Positions 1 to 14,298 are shown, counted from the first letter of the stretch. The stretch is DNA of 64,000 nucleotides from Eledone cirrhosa (GCA_964016885.1 OZ024750.1:33108001-33172000), one strand, 5' to 3'. Numbers and translations are program-made. Notes: generated by a model from the letters alone, not told the origin.

Positions 1-17
1 ATATATACATATATATA

Positions 18-59
<42 letters not shown>

Positions 60-94
60 TATATATATATATACACACATATATATATATATAT

Positions 95-137
<43 letters not shown>

Positions 138-227
138 TATATATATATATATATACACACACATATATATATATATATACACACATATATATATATATAC
201 ACACATATATACATATATATATATACA

Positions 228-270
<43 letters not shown>
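1..270. repeat. (TA)n/(CA)n compound microsatellite
   Basis: Direct reading of the sequence. Confidence 0.97.
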
Positions 271-686
271 TCGGAATTATACATTTCATCTAAGGCTTCT
301 TTTTTGTTCAACGTGTTCCTACCTAAATCTGTTTTACACCTGATAAGATTAATAATTTGGAAATTATTTGAAAGTCGGTGAGAGGTATCTAATATTTTCC
401 TGCTAACAAGAAGCCAAATGAAGTCTGAAGATTATGTTTCCTGCATATGATAAGAGGTCTGGTTTTGAATCCATTGCGATGTGTGTTACAATGTTGACGT
501 CAAACATGTGACAAAACACAATAAATTCTACTCAATGCTCCTACCTCACAATACAATTTGTAAAGAACGATTTCGCTTTCAAAACCACATCCTGATTCAC
601 TGTGTATATTCCTCCTTAGTATATTATATGCTGCTACACATACAGACACACACACAGCTGAACTCATGCATTCATACACTCACACA

Positions 687-721
<35 letters not shown>

Positions 722-1023
722 CAACAAGAAATTGATTAACATAAAATAAACATATGAAACAATCACAGGTGATAATTTTTACAAGTGTGTAAGCACACAT
801 AGCTAGATAGGTAACTAAATAAAGTTAACTAAAACTTCAAAAATAGATACCTTATAATATGATTAATCTTCCATGTATATATTCCTTTAAAGAAATATAT
901 TTCACCAATTAATCGATTGGTAAACGACGGAGGTCGGTACTTGGATTCTCAACAAGGAAGAAGTCCAGCGATCTGGCATGACACCCATAATTTTGATTTA
1001 GATTAAATTCATCTTGATTTATC

Positions 1024-1057
<34 letters not shown>

Positions 1058-1167
1058 CAGTTCCTCAGAGAAATAACAACACAACCAGGAGCTGGACATA
1101 TCGATGTATTGACGGAGTAAAACACACTTCAACAACATGTGCACATGTCTCTACCACACCAATTCGG

Positions 1168-1222
1168 ACTGCCTGAAGCGGACACAGCCAATGATGGCTG
1201 TCACCGAAATATATATAGCAGT
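1168..1222 (+). ncRNA. Type-I hammerhead ribozyme relic (core CTGAAGC; same family as 24854-24909)
   Basis: ACTGC-CTGAAGC-GGACACAGCCA ATGA TGGCTGTCACC-GAAA-TATATA-TA-GCAGT; one core base changed (A to C). Confidence 0.7.
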
Positions 1223-1864
1223 ATATCTATACGTTACAATAAACGAAGCCAAATTTTACCTATTTGACTTAATTATTTTATTTTACATTACAAACAAACC
1301 AGCCTGCGTACTGCGTCGAGTGCTCCCATCTGCACACTGAGTGTCGGTAAACAACCACATGTACTTAAAATATATATATATATATATATATTCACACTTA
1401 CACACACATCTATATTTATATATTATATATCGATATCTATATCTATGTCTATCTATCTATATATGCGTGTGTCTGTGTGTGTGTGTGTGTATGTAACTAT
1501 ACATATATATATACTTATGGTTATGCATATATAACTCTGTGTGTGTGTTTGGTATGGCTGTATCTGTGATTTTGTGTGTGAGTGTATGAATATATATGTA
1601 TATGTTTTATATATATGTTTTGCAAGAATCTTTAAGTGTGGGGTTGATGTGAAATTATTGAACCCTGTTACATATTGATGACCATTTTGCCAATTTTTTC
1701 TTATAAAAACATATACTATTCAATTTTACTTCAGCTTTAGTTCGTCAAAATTCTTTTGTCACATTCTGTGACCTCCTAAATTACATTTGTTCTTCTCCGT
1801 GTCTCCTCTTACATTTGTCTTAATCCCTTTAATCAATCTTTTACCTCCCCTCTTCATATATATG

Positions 1865-1981
<117 letters not shown>

Positions 1982-2370
1982 CTAGAGAGTGAGAGAGAGA
2001 GTTTTGCAGCTCTCTTGAAGCATTGTTGAATAGGAAACACAAATTTAAATTTTGAAAACCAAAACAACGCGTTAGGAAGAATGTTAAATTTCCCAGATAA
2101 CAAAAGAATCTTACCTTACCAAATTTAACGATTCCAAATATTTTGGGGTTTAAAAACCCATCATAAAGGGAATAATACTATGAGAGACTTAACATTCGAT
2201 ATATATATAATAGTGATAATAATAATATTATTATTAAGTAAAGTGTAGAAATTTTACCGGAGGGTTATAAGCTCAAGGCAATGGGGTTCACGCAGAGGTG
2301 TTATATATGTTATATAATATTTATAAAGAACACCAAAGAATCAATGCATTAGGTGTTTTTTTATAAATAG

Positions 2371-2416
<46 letters not shown>

Positions 2417-3164
2417 AATAGAGAGAGAAAGAGAGGAAGAGAGAGGGAGAGAGAGAGAAAGAGAGAGAGGTGAGAATGAGAGAGACAGAGAGAGAGAAAG
2501 AGAGAAAGAGAGAGGGGACAATGAGAGAGAGAGAGGTGTCAATAGAAAGAATGATTGAGAGATACCAAAGATATATAACTAGCAATTACATTTTTTTTCC
2601 CCACCATAAGATGTTCGCTGACTTGTGATGAATATGTAAAAGTCAAATGATTTTATTAGAAACATATTTTAAAAGGCGTCAAATTGGCGGAGTCAGTCAT
2701 TAGGCTATTGAATTAAAAATGCCTCGATATTTGAGCTGTCTCGTTACACTGAAAGTTCAAATCCCGTCGATGTCAATTTTGCCATTCATCCTTTCAGGGT
2801 CGATAAATAAAGCCACCACTCCATGACTGAAGTCAATTCTTCCTCTAATCTCTCCTTATAATTTTCTCAGACGCTTTCGTTCTGTCTGACTCTGGAAGAT
2901 ATTGGTTACGTTCGATCATATAGAGATATGAAATACGCCAGATTTAAAATGACCAACATATGTCGTGAATCACTCACATACACAAATACACTTCTTCTTC
3001 TAATTCCTGAAAGAGTCGTCTGAGGGCAGAATCCTCAAACACTCCTTCCAACAGGTCTATTCAGAAGTACCCTGCTCCAATTGATTCGACTGCCTCCCCA
3101 AGCGAGACAAACCAAGCTCATGAATGTCTAAACCATTTAAACCATCTTGCATAAAATATATAGC

Positions 3165-3347
3165 TGTTTCTACTTTAGGCACAAGGCCAGCAAATACCCA
3201 GTGCATTACTGGTACTTTATTTTATCGACCCCGTAAGGATGAAAGGCAAAGTCAACCTCGGCGGGAATTGAACTCAGATCGTAAAGGGACGTAAATATGC
3301 TGGAAAGCATGGCGTCCGACCCTCTACCGATACAGCCAATCCACCGC
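3165..3347 (-). mobile_element. tRNA-derived SINE (Meta-domain-like core), full length
   Basis: Minus strand has A-box-like TGGCTGTATCGG, B-box-like GAGTTCAATTCC and core GCCTTTCATCCTTACGGGGTCGATAAAATAAAGTACCAG; many near-identical copies in the window. Confidence 0.88.
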
Positions 3348-3995
3348 ATAAAATATATAACATCATGTAACCTCAACTGTTGTCTTGAACACATCATTGA
3401 GAATTGTATTACTAGTCAATTATTTATTGCATTAGCTGTTTAGCATAGCAGGGAAAATATAAGTGATGTGAAGTTGATTTCAATTACTAGTTTCTTTTAC
3501 GATAACGAAGAAACCTACATTTTAACACCTTAATAGATTATGCTATCAAGAACAAAAATATTGATTTCTAAATAATTACTAATGTTTAACTTAGTATTCT
3601 AAAGTGAAAACTTACCTATTCGTAGTTCCTGTTGTAGTAAATATGAAAAAAGTGAAATGTGAAAGTTTAGAGCAAAGACATACATATATATTAATATAAC
3701 ATAATTAGTCATTCATAGTGACTGTCACACATACGTACAAACATATAGACATACATTTACAAACAAATACATGTTTACACGAGGGTGTACAAATACACAA
3801 TCACGCCCACAGACACACACACACACACACCCTCTCTCTCTCTCTCTCGTTTCTCACACACACACACTTACGTTCACCGCCATTATTACTCTCTCTCACT
3901 CGCTCATAAACATATTCACGCCCACATTCTCACTCTCTTTCGCTCACACACACACACAAAAATGCACACAAATGTACACACAGAGACACAAACAT

Positions 3996-4037
<42 letters not shown>

Positions 4038-4059
4038 AAAGGAAGAGAGAGAGAACATT

Positions 4060-4274
4060 ATGGTTCCTCATTTAGGCAAAAAGCCAACAATTTTTGGGGA
4101 AGGGGGAAGTCGATTAAATCTAAATCAGTATGTTACTGCTACTTACTTTTATCGACTCCATAAGGGTGAAAGGTAAAGGTAAAGCTAACCTTGGAGGGAT
4201 TTGAAATCAGAACATAAAGGGACGTAACTAATCATGTTGTCCGACGCTCTACCGATGCTGCCAATCCACCACCC
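4060..4274 (-). mobile_element. tRNA-derived SINE, longer older subfamily
   Basis: Diverged copy of the same head, core and tail. Confidence 0.75.
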
Positions 4275-4418
4275 TTTTATATCTATGTATAATAAAAAAA
4301 TAAATGAAAATAAATTTCAGCGTTCGTACGAATATGGGTGTGTTTATGTAAATCGGTATGATTTTCACTTTTGTTACATACATACAAGACTATAATTGTG
4401 TTTATATATATATATAAA

Positions 4419-4473
<55 letters not shown>

Positions 4474-4601
4474 TTCGTTTCTGAATTTGTTTAGCAAGAT
4501 TCTTTATCTGAAAAGAATATATATATAGTTTTGCGAGGTTTTTGCGAGGTGTGTTCTGTTATTAATTCTGGCAATATTATTACACAAATATGAACCTCCC
4601 C

Positions 4602-4654
<53 letters not shown>

Positions 4655-4695
4655 TAATATATAAGATCAAAAGATGGTTAAAGGAGTTCCATGTA

Positions 4696-4762
4696 TTTTA
4701 TTATGCGCATTTCAAAAACAAACATCATCATGCAATAATATTTGTGTTTTCATCAGATAAAA
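4696..4762 (-). ncRNA. Type-I hammerhead ribozyme (family A)
   Basis: Reverse complement of 4883-4949. Confidence 0.85.
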
Positions 4763-4882
4763 CAGGAGAACATGATATGAAGGCTAAAAAACACTTGTGG
4801 ATAGTGCAGTTTTAAATCAACATGTTGATTTAAAACTGCACTATCCACAAGTGTTTTTTAGCCTTCATATCATGTTCTCCTG

Positions 4883-4949
4883 TTTTATCTGATGAAAACA
4901 CAAATATTATTGCATGATGATGTTTGTTTTTGAAATGCGCATAATAAAA
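4883..4949 (+). ncRNA. Type-I hammerhead ribozyme (family A)
   Basis: TTTTAT-CTGATGA-stem II (AAACACAAATATTAT...ATGATGTTTGTTTTT)-GAAA-TGCGCA-TA-ATAAAA; 6-bp stem I, palindromic stem III, AUA site. Confidence 0.85.
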
Positions 4950-5079
4950 TACATGGAACTCCTTTAACCATCTTTTGATCTTATATATTATGTATACTCC
5001 AGTCCTACAAGCTGTAGAGTGCTTTGCTTTATTGTACTACAATAAAACTCACCTCCTACATATACATATATATATATTG

Positions 5080-5900
5080 TTATACTTTGTGAGGGTCATG
5101 TTGCCAATAAGAAACACACGCACCAGTTGCTTTCACTTCAATTTATTATAATAAATTTATAAATTTAGGAATTTATAAATTTCCGGTTGGTTGGTTTGGT
5201 TCCACAACCAGATGGTTGTTTATATATTGTCAAAGTTCTTTCGTCACACATACTGTGACCTCTTCAGTGACTGGGGATTGTTTTCTTTGTTTTTTGTGCC
5301 TCTCCTTTGTTCTGTTCTACGCCATCTTGTTTGTGTGTGTGTGTTGTGTGCTTAGTTTGCGCATGTGTTACATCCGGGTGTCTGTGTGTGTTTATATTCG
5401 TTTATTTATTTGTTTATTTACATGTTACTGGTTGGTTGTTTGTTCTATGGGCGTGTGTGTTTTGATTTTGTCCTTAATTGTAAGTTGTGATGTTGCTGTT
5501 CCACTCATGTTTTCTATTTAATTTTGGTTGTAATTCATTTATGTTTATTGCCTCTGTGATTTATCTAAACATTGCGTCTTATATAAATTATGGCCGTTGA
5601 AAATCAGTCGAATTTATTGAGAATTTCCACGAAGCAAGCATCATCTGAAATTTCGCTCTTTGAGTTCAAATAATTATTATTAGGAGATGGCCAGCCTTGT
5701 AACATTCTACATTTCTCATTAAGAGAAAGACGGCATCTCTTGGTACTGTTGGTGTAAGGACTGGATCTTTCAAGTATCTTCGCAGTAATATTATCTGGGA
5801 TTCCTTCACTCCTAATTGCCAAACTTGTTCTGTACTGTTAGTGAGAAATACTACCAACTCCCTTATTTTGGAGTTGGTATTAGAATCTATGATCAGTTCC
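5080..5900 (-). mobile_element. 3' end of a Penelope-like retroelement (GIY-YIG C-terminus, 3' UTR, hammerhead)
   Basis: Minus ORF remnant KILERSSPYTNSTKRCRLSLNEK...YLNSKSEI resembles the PLE endonuclease C-terminal motif (KILxxxxPYxNxxKRCxLCLxEK...LNKRSEL); hammerhead downstream, then (TA)n. Confidence 0.72.
5229..5271 (-). ncRNA. Minimal type-I hammerhead ribozyme
   Basis: Minus strand GTCA-CTGAAGA-GGTCAC AGTATGT GTGAC-GAAA-GAAC-TT-TGAC; decayed paralogue near 1744-1780. Confidence 0.8.
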
Positions 5901-7136
5901 AAAATAGTTTCTTATTGTAGATAATTTACAAACCGCTACAAACGGCTAAATCCCTCCTCCCGCTCTGTGAAGACTAAAAAAGACTTTCACGATGCATATT
6001 GTCGTCAGAAATTAAACAATTCATACGTTCAGTATCTCTTAATTCTTATTAATTCGTTAATTAATACAGTCTACGGAAACACTTAGATTGAATGAAACCT
6101 TGTTACAGATTTCGTTATTCTTTGAAGAAAAGACATCTTGTTACAAGTATTTTATATTTCTCAGTTATTCTATAGGCGAAGTATTACAAGATTACTAACA
6201 TAAACTTTAAATCTATCAAAATAAAATAATCAGTTAATATAATTTGGAATCCATATGTTTGTATCTTTATATCAATAATACCTATTAAGATATATATTTA
6301 TTTTTAATTTATGTGTTTTTGACTTTCTGTTTATCAATAACCCTCTATGTTTGAGAACTGAAGGCTTTCATGTTTAGTCATATGTTTTGATTTTACTTCA
6401 ATTACAATTTTCTAAAGCTGTTTTCTTTTTTCTAATATTATCGACAAAATCCAAACCAATATCCAATTTTACTGTTCTGATTCATATTTCTGTAATACCT
6501 TTCTAGTTTTAAACTATACTAATGAATATATTTTACATTTTCTCCTAATATAAAGACTTTTCTATTATGTTATCATATGAAAAAGATAAATTAGGTTTAA
6601 AGATATTAAATTAGATTTTAAAAGTAGACTTGAATTACAGGAAACTACTTCATAAAATTGAATGAAACTTAGAATTAACTTAGAAAACTATTTACGAAAT
6701 AAAATACGATAACTTTGTATTTCCGAAATAAAATACGATAACTTTGTATTAGATATCAGATTCCAATATCCAAAAAGAATATTCTAATCTATGAAAAAAC
6801 GTGACTATATGTTTACTTCTTTAGAAAGTCGTACTATTCAGCCCTATCTTATTATAAGATGTAAAATATATTGAAATGGTATTACGATTCTAAAGAATAA
6901 AATCTACCTTTTACAAACATTGACATATATACACACAAACAAAGTTCCACACAGACACACACACATATATATATATACATACATAAATATGTATAGTGTG
7001 TGTTTGTGAATAAAGTCAATTTACACTACAAACAATACAAAGAACTCATAATTAATTGGACAAGCGTTTCAGTCAATGCGTTTTGTCATCTCATCGGCTT
7101 TTAATTACACACACACACACACTCACACATATCTAC

Positions 7137-7316
<180 letters not shown>

Positions 7317-7560
7317 GAAATTACGAATTTTAAAAAGATTTGAATTGAGGACCCCAGAACAATTGAAAAACGTGTCTTGTACGCCACCCAATCAGATTAG
7401 TGATGGCACCAAAGAGGATCCACACATGGTTAAGTATCAATTTATCATCACTCCACCACAAAGATACGAAGGTTGACAGAAAAGTTCATAGTCTCACTAT
7501 GAAGTAGTTATACTAGAGCTATGAAATCTTGCAGGCATTATTTTCAACTCTTCTTAATAA

Positions 7561-7746
7561 TTGTTTTTACTTGTGGCACAAGGCCAGCAATTATCCAGTG
7601 CATTACTGGTACTTTATTTTATCGACCCCATAAGGATGAAAGGCAAAGTTAACCTCGTGGGATTTGAACTCAGACCATAAAGGACTGTAACTCATTGCTG
7701 TAAAGCATGGCGTCCGACCCTCTACCGATACTGTCAATCCACCGCC
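7561..7746 (-). mobile_element. tRNA-derived SINE, full length
   Basis: Near-identical to 3165-3347. Confidence 0.88.
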
Positions 7747-8272
7747 TTATTAATAAGTTGGTTGTTTCCAAGGACTATGTTGAAAAATAAACGTCATTTG
7801 GTCATTCCATGAGAGTATCTCGGTCAGCCTATGAACGTTTCAGACTACTCTCGTAAAGCCTGCTCCAACAGTTTCTGATACAGTCTTGTATCACACTCTC
7901 CGTTTCTCTGGATAACTGTAGGTAACAACAAACTCTAAATAAGAATTAACTATAATGTAAGCGGTTATGACTTTTATAACATAAACTTACATAATATATT
8001 TACATGTATAACGTGAACTAAATCGCCGACGGGCATCAAATTACATATGGTGGAATTTTAATTAGAATTGATTGTATGAATATATTTGCATAATCAATTT
8101 CCAAACCTAATCTCTTTAAACACCCTTTTCCACTGAATAATAAAATTATTTTATGGGTTATTATTTGTTTAATTTGTTAACATCTGTATTATACATTCCA
8201 TGAAGTAGCTGATCTTTTATTATACTGTTGGCTGTAGTATTGTTTTAGTTACCAAAGGTTATCGAATATATA

Positions 8273-8633
8273 TAGTTGTGCCCGGTATTCGCGGTGGCTA
8301 CGTTCCTAGAGCAAGCGCGAAGAATGAAAAACCGCGAATATTGGACGTGATCCATAAAAATGATATAAACGTCAAAATATTACTAAAATATAATAAAGAA
8401 CAGGGGCGGCTTAATGAAGGGGTGTCGAATAGGCCGGCAAATACGGTATATTGTTAATAATAATTTTGTGTTAAAAAATATATATATTGCCACAAAAAAA
8501 AATCGCGGAAGATATCTACAATTCCGCAAATATGCGGTCGTTTCCACGAACACTTGTTAGATAGGTACTAAGGAAAATTCCGCGTATAACCAGGACCGCA
8601 AGTGTCGAGATCGCGAATGCCGAGGGTACACTG
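8273..8633. mobile_element. Tigger/pogo-like MITE
   Basis: Imperfect TIRs TAGTTGTGCCCGGTATTCGCG / CGCGAATGCCGAGGGTACACTG, TA on both flanks, CpG-rich subterminal repeats. Confidence 0.7.
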
Positions 8634-9315
8634 TATACATATTATGTGTACACATGAAGAAATTGAGATAAGCCGAACAGAAAACAAGAAGCGATTCTAT
8701 TCGTTTCGTTGTTGTTAAGATGATAGTATAAAACTCATTTGAAAATACTCTGAGTTTGTGTTTATGTGTGTGAGTAGAGAGAAAGAGAGAGAGAGAGAGA
8801 GGGGGAGAGAGAGAACGAAGAACGGAAATACACATACACACAACATATACATAAATATTTATGCGTGTGTATAGAGAGATATATATATATAGGGCTGGGG
8901 TGACAAGGCTATGGGCACGCTACGGATAGATGTATTATTTATAATGCGCCGAAACATCCGTGACCCGTAGTAAGCAACTGACGAAGGGAAACTGCCCATG
9001 TCTTGTTTGTGTTGCCTTACCTTCTAACACTCGTTATCTCAGTAACCACACAGCCTCTCCTCCTTCAATCCATAATGTTATGTATGTATGTATGTGTGAG
9101 TGAAAGAGACAGAGAGAGTGTTTGTGTTTGTATGTGTGAGTGTGTGAATGACTGTGTGAGCATGCATATGTGATTAGAGAGAGAAGGGGAAATAAAGAGA
9201 GGTGAAAAGAGATAGAATGAAGACATATAACCACAAGATGAACTGAAAAACTTTCCTTTTCACACTTTGAGATGCTCGACATCAATTGATAAACATCTCA
9301 TGAAAATTATTTTTA

Positions 9316-9620
9316 CCATGTTAATATATATATATACCATGTAAACATATATATATATATATAACATGCCAATATATATATACCAGGTAAATATATATAT
9401 ACCAGGTAAATATATATATCATGTAAATATATATATCATGTAAATATATATATAACATTTAAATATATATCATGTAAATATATATATAACATTTAAATAT
9501 ATATCATGTAAATATATATATAACATTTAAATATATATCATGTAAATATATATATAACATTTAAATATATATCATGTAAATATATATATAACATTTAAAT
9601 ATATATCATGTAAATATATG
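9316..9620. repeat. AT-rich minisatellite (ATCATGTAAATATATATATAACATTTAAATATAT-like unit) derived from (TA)n
   Basis: Several tandem copies visible. Confidence 0.85.
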
Positions 9621-9684
9621 TGTGTGTGTATATATATATCTATATATAAATAAATATATATATATATATATATATATTTACATA

Positions 9685-9725
<41 letters not shown>

Positions 9726-9729
9726 CATA

Positions 9730-9774
<45 letters not shown>

Positions 9775-9778
9775 CATA

Positions 9779-9816
<38 letters not shown>

Positions 9817-10692
9817 TATGTAAATATATATCATGTAAGTATATATATATATATATACTAGGTAAATATATATATATACATATGTACCATGTAAATATAT
9901 ATATATATATGGCATGCCAATATACTTTCGCTTTTTATCTTGAACTCATCAATAGGGGTTGTACTAGTAGTAATTGGTTATATACCATCATCATCATCAT
10001 ACTCATCACTATCATCATTATTATTATTATTGTTGTTGGCGGAGATATTATTATTATTATTATTACTGTTGTTAATATTTTAACGTTTTAATATATTATT
10101 ATTATTGTTTTAACGTTGAGAATAGCAAAGAAAAATTTACAAGTTAAGATGGTTTCAATTATAAGTTATTTTACGAAAAACGAAGAACTTCAGTAACAGA
10201 AAAAATAATCAAAATAATAATTTAACACCTTCATATAATAGATTCTTCAAAGGAAGAAAAACCACATCTTTTAACACCTTTATACATTATTCTACTCAGA
10301 ACAAAAAATATTGATTTCGAAATAATTACTGGTTCTAAGCAAAGTATTCTATAACGACAATACTAGCTATTCTAAGAAGAAAAAGCTTCCATTGATATTT
10401 CCTTTGGTAGCAAATGGGTAAAAACATAAAACACGAAAGCCTAGAACTGCAGGGAAAATGGCGTAAAAATACACAATAACAGGCGTATATAAAACATAAA
10501 CAATTTGACATATACACATACATATATAGATATATTCGCACGCAAACACAAGCGCACAAACAAACGCACACACACACACACACACACACACATATGCATA
10601 TATATAACTGGATATCAATCTAAACCCTTATTATATATATACATATATATATATTTATATGTATATATACATACTTACACGAACACACACAC

Positions 10693-10733
<41 letters not shown>

Positions 10734-10979
10734 CATGTAATGATTGAAGAGTTAGTTCTTTTTCTCGAACTATATATACGTAATGTACTAAAGGATATAT
10801 CAATGAGAAGAAAATTCGACAATAAAAGGATATCAGGGCATACATTACCTCTCTTTATCATATGCAACGTACTCAAGTAATCACATGATATATGAGATTA
10901 TGTAAATTATATATATTTACTGCATATCATTATATATCAAACATATACATACAGATATATATGGATATAAATGAACGTA

Positions 10980-11174
10980 TATACATATGAGTCCCGGGTT
11001 CAATCGGGGATAGACAGTGAGTTAGGCACTCAATACATTAGTACAGTGTAAAGATCAGGTTTAATAAAGAAATGACTTCTCCAAGACTAGAACTGGTTCA
11101 TTCAAAAGAAATCATCAGGGAAGCCCGGAGGATTTCCTTTGAATGAAACAGTTCTTGTCTTGTAGAAACCATTT

Positions 11175-11177
<3 letters not shown>
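10980..11177. mobile_element. PLE pseudo-LTR-like module with inverted end and decayed hammerhead (related copy 16290-16450)
   Basis: Inverted repeat around 11069-11177; minus strand CCTGATGATTTCTTTTGAATGAAC; (TA)n flank. Confidence 0.5.
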
Positions 11178-11234
<57 letters not shown>

Positions 11235-11467
11235 CAATCATATGCAATACTTAATTATTTATCACACTTCATCAGCCTTTTTGTTTAAGTATTCATTCCG
11301 GATACACATGAACAAAACCTCATCTACCTTCACACACACACACACACGCACACACACGTATACACACATTCACACACGCACACACACACACACAAACAAT
11401 ATTATATATATATATATAATATTAATTAAAGGTTAATTAGTCTTTAATACGTACACATCTCAATGAA

Positions 11468-11652
11468 CGGGTGGATTGGCAGTATCGGTAGAGGGTTGGA
11501 CACCATGCTTTCCAACATAGTTACGTCCCTTTACGACCTGAGTTCAAATCCCGCCGAGGTTGACTTTGCCTTTCATCCTTACGGGGTCGATAGAATAAAG
11601 TACCAGGAATGCTCTGGGTAATTGCTGGCCTTGTGCCTAAAGTAGAAACAAT
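11468..11652 (+). mobile_element. tRNA-derived SINE, full length
   Basis: TGGCAGTATCGG A box, GAGTTCAAATCC B box, shared core and tail. Confidence 0.9.
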
Positions 11653-12689
11653 TATATATTAAGCAATATTATATATTAAAGCAGAATTATTATCATAAAT
11701 TAAAATTAATTGAGAAAAATAGATAGTCAAAAATATATTCTATCAACACTCACTTGTACAAAGCTTTCTCTACTAGGTTTCATTTATGGAAGAACCAATA
11801 ATTATTCAGAAAATGAGCGAATAATGACAGAGAAATTATACATACAGTTTCTTTGCCGAGGCCGCATGGGGAACGAGAACTCAGGTTGTGTATTTGAACC
11901 ATTAAATGATCAAAATACTTGTCTATGTATTAGGACTATGCGACAGGCTTATAATGCCGCTAGAAATAGTAGCCAATAGACCGTCTAATACAACCCGACA
12001 AATTAAGAATTAGTTTATTAAAGGTTAATTAGTTTATAATACTTAACATCTCAATGAGTGACATCATTGTCTATCTGGCCTGTATTCCCATAAACAGTTT
12101 TTCTCAATTAAATTTAATATGTAATATTGCGTCTCTGAATGATTCCCCGAGATTTATTGTTCTCCAGACTACAATAAAACTAATGAAATGATGAAATGAG
12201 AGAACTGTAGTAGTTAGAGTGTAGATGACTATAAAATTACTATAATATATTGTTGAAACTATGAGGTTACTAAATAAAGGGTGGTAAATAGATCAAGAGA
12301 GAGAATTATAATAGAAGAGTAATGCTAGTGAAATGGGTGGAGACATAACTGTACCCAGAAGAAAGAAAGAAAATTACACAATATGTTGTAGCGTGTAGAT
12401 GAATATAGAAGGTAGATATAGACAGAAAGAGCCTAGGGAACTATATATATATATAGAGAGAGAGAGAGGAATGTTGGGTGGCTTTATCAGGACAAGCTTA
12501 AGTAGTTAGAGTATTTTATAGTGACGGAGGTAATAACAAAGAACATAATCTGAAAAGCAGTCGTACATCACTATAAATACGTTAACAGAAACTTAGATGG
12601 ATTTAGTTTCATGCGCGTGTGTGTCTATGGGTTTCAATGCTTGTTTTAGTGTATGTATTCCATGGGGGAGACGAAAGGGGCTCCATATT

Positions 12690-12982
12690 GACATACGGCG
12701 TTTCTAGGGCATATTTTTAATCCTGGTGAAGCCCATCTCCTCTCCAGGTCTGCATACAACAAAATTCTTCCAGAGAAGGATAAAGAGAGTGAGAGAATAG
12801 AAGTTAAGAAGAGATATAGTGGAAGAATCAACCCCACTACTTGACTGGTATTTTTTATCAACCTCGAATGGATGAAAGTCAAAGTTGGCCTCAGTGGGCT
12901 TTGAATTCAGAAAGCAGTGAGTCGAACAAAATACCACAAAGCATTCTAATCGACGTCCTAAAACCTCTGCTAATTCGCCGCC
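12690..12982 (-). mobile_element. SINE variant with the same head/core but a different tail (paralogue at 38676-38955)
   Basis: Core CTTTCATCCATTCGAGGTTGATAAAAAATACCAG plus a tail containing CAGACCTGGAGAG shared with 38676-38955. Confidence 0.65.
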
Positions 12983-13565
12983 TTGTGTTAGAATATGTTT
13001 AAAACAACACTTCAGACATCTTTATATATTTCTAACCATTTTACTGATACAACTAATAGAATGATTTCCCGTAACACAATCGAATGATTATGAAACGATA
13101 TGGAATTATTTCTAGGTAATGTAGTTGTGGATTAATTTATTTAAGAGGCCTCTATTACTGACAACAAAATGTGACATATCAAATAGTGGGAGTCTAGATA
13201 TATATATCATAGAAAATTTAAATCATATAAAGAAACAATTTATGAACGGTTAGCAGGAATTAATATGAAGTTCCATTATAGGTTGGTTGGCGCCTTGTCT
13301 TTTCTGTAGTCTAGTCAAATATATCACAGATGGTATAGCAATTAATCATCCTTGAATTTCTAATGAAATCATTCTCCCGCGTGTCTGTTAATTTGCACAC
13401 AACTATTCATTACGACAAAATGGCGGTTCATCGATTCAATAAATAGAAGGTAGCAAAATAACTACCTATACTATGTCTAGAAGATTTTGAAGTACATCAT
13501 TGACAATATCCTACGTTATTCACTATTGTAATTTTACTTGTTATCACTGCGGAGATTAATCGAGA

Positions 13566-13598
<33 letters not shown>

Positions 13599-13682
13599 AA
13601 AAAGTATGACCCCGACGGCAGAGCTCAAGCCGTTTCGACGGCTATTTCTGGTATATATATATATACAGAGAGAGAGGCAGAG

Positions 13683-13795
<113 letters not shown>

Positions 13796-13981
13796 TGGAA
13801 TTGGAAATAGCACAGAAAATAGACACTACCACTACTACTTCTACTACTACTGCTATGACTACCTCTCGCTATATAAGGTTCCATTTTAGACCCAGTCTTC
13901 GCACATCAAGAAAGATGAAAAAACCTCTTCAACAATTAATTTTAAATTTTTAATTTTTAATTCTTTTTAATTGTAGTATTC

Positions 13982-14029
13982 AACATTTGATAAGATGATT
14001 TACATTGATACATCGAAACCGGTTATATT
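13982..14029 (+). ncRNA. Decayed hammerhead ribozyme
   Basis: AACAT-TTGATAA-GATG...CATC-GAAA-CCGG-TT-ATATT; two core transitions. Confidence 0.55.
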
Positions 14030-14240
14030 TTGTATATTTTATATACATTATACAACTTTTTTTTTCAAGAATTGGACCTCTCATGTTTTCAATAATGTCA
14101 CTTTGACGAATCATAAAAGAAACAAAGAAAAACATATCCTAAAATATATTTTCCGTGCTATTTCCGATTCCACTTTTTCTCTTTAACTCTTGTTTTGTAT
14201 AGAACCTTACTCCATTTTCATATATATATAATTATATATA

Positions 14241-14298
<58 letters not shown>

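Larger units (their letters stand above)
4654..5060. mobile_element. Penelope-like pseudo-LTR module (family A) forming a 338-bp perfect palindrome, flanked by (TA)n
   Basis: 4654-4822 is the reverse complement of 4823-4991 (centre AATCAACATGTTGATT); contains two hammerheads; related copies at 23329, 54303 and 62041. Confidence 0.8.

Noticed and set aside
3165-3347. SINE heads as tRNA genes
   Set aside because: A and B boxes are present, but there is no complete cloverleaf and every copy continues into the SINE core and tail
8940-9000. GAAACATCCG and CTGACGAAGGG motifs
   Set aside because: The halves could not be assembled into a consistent hammerhead with pairing stems
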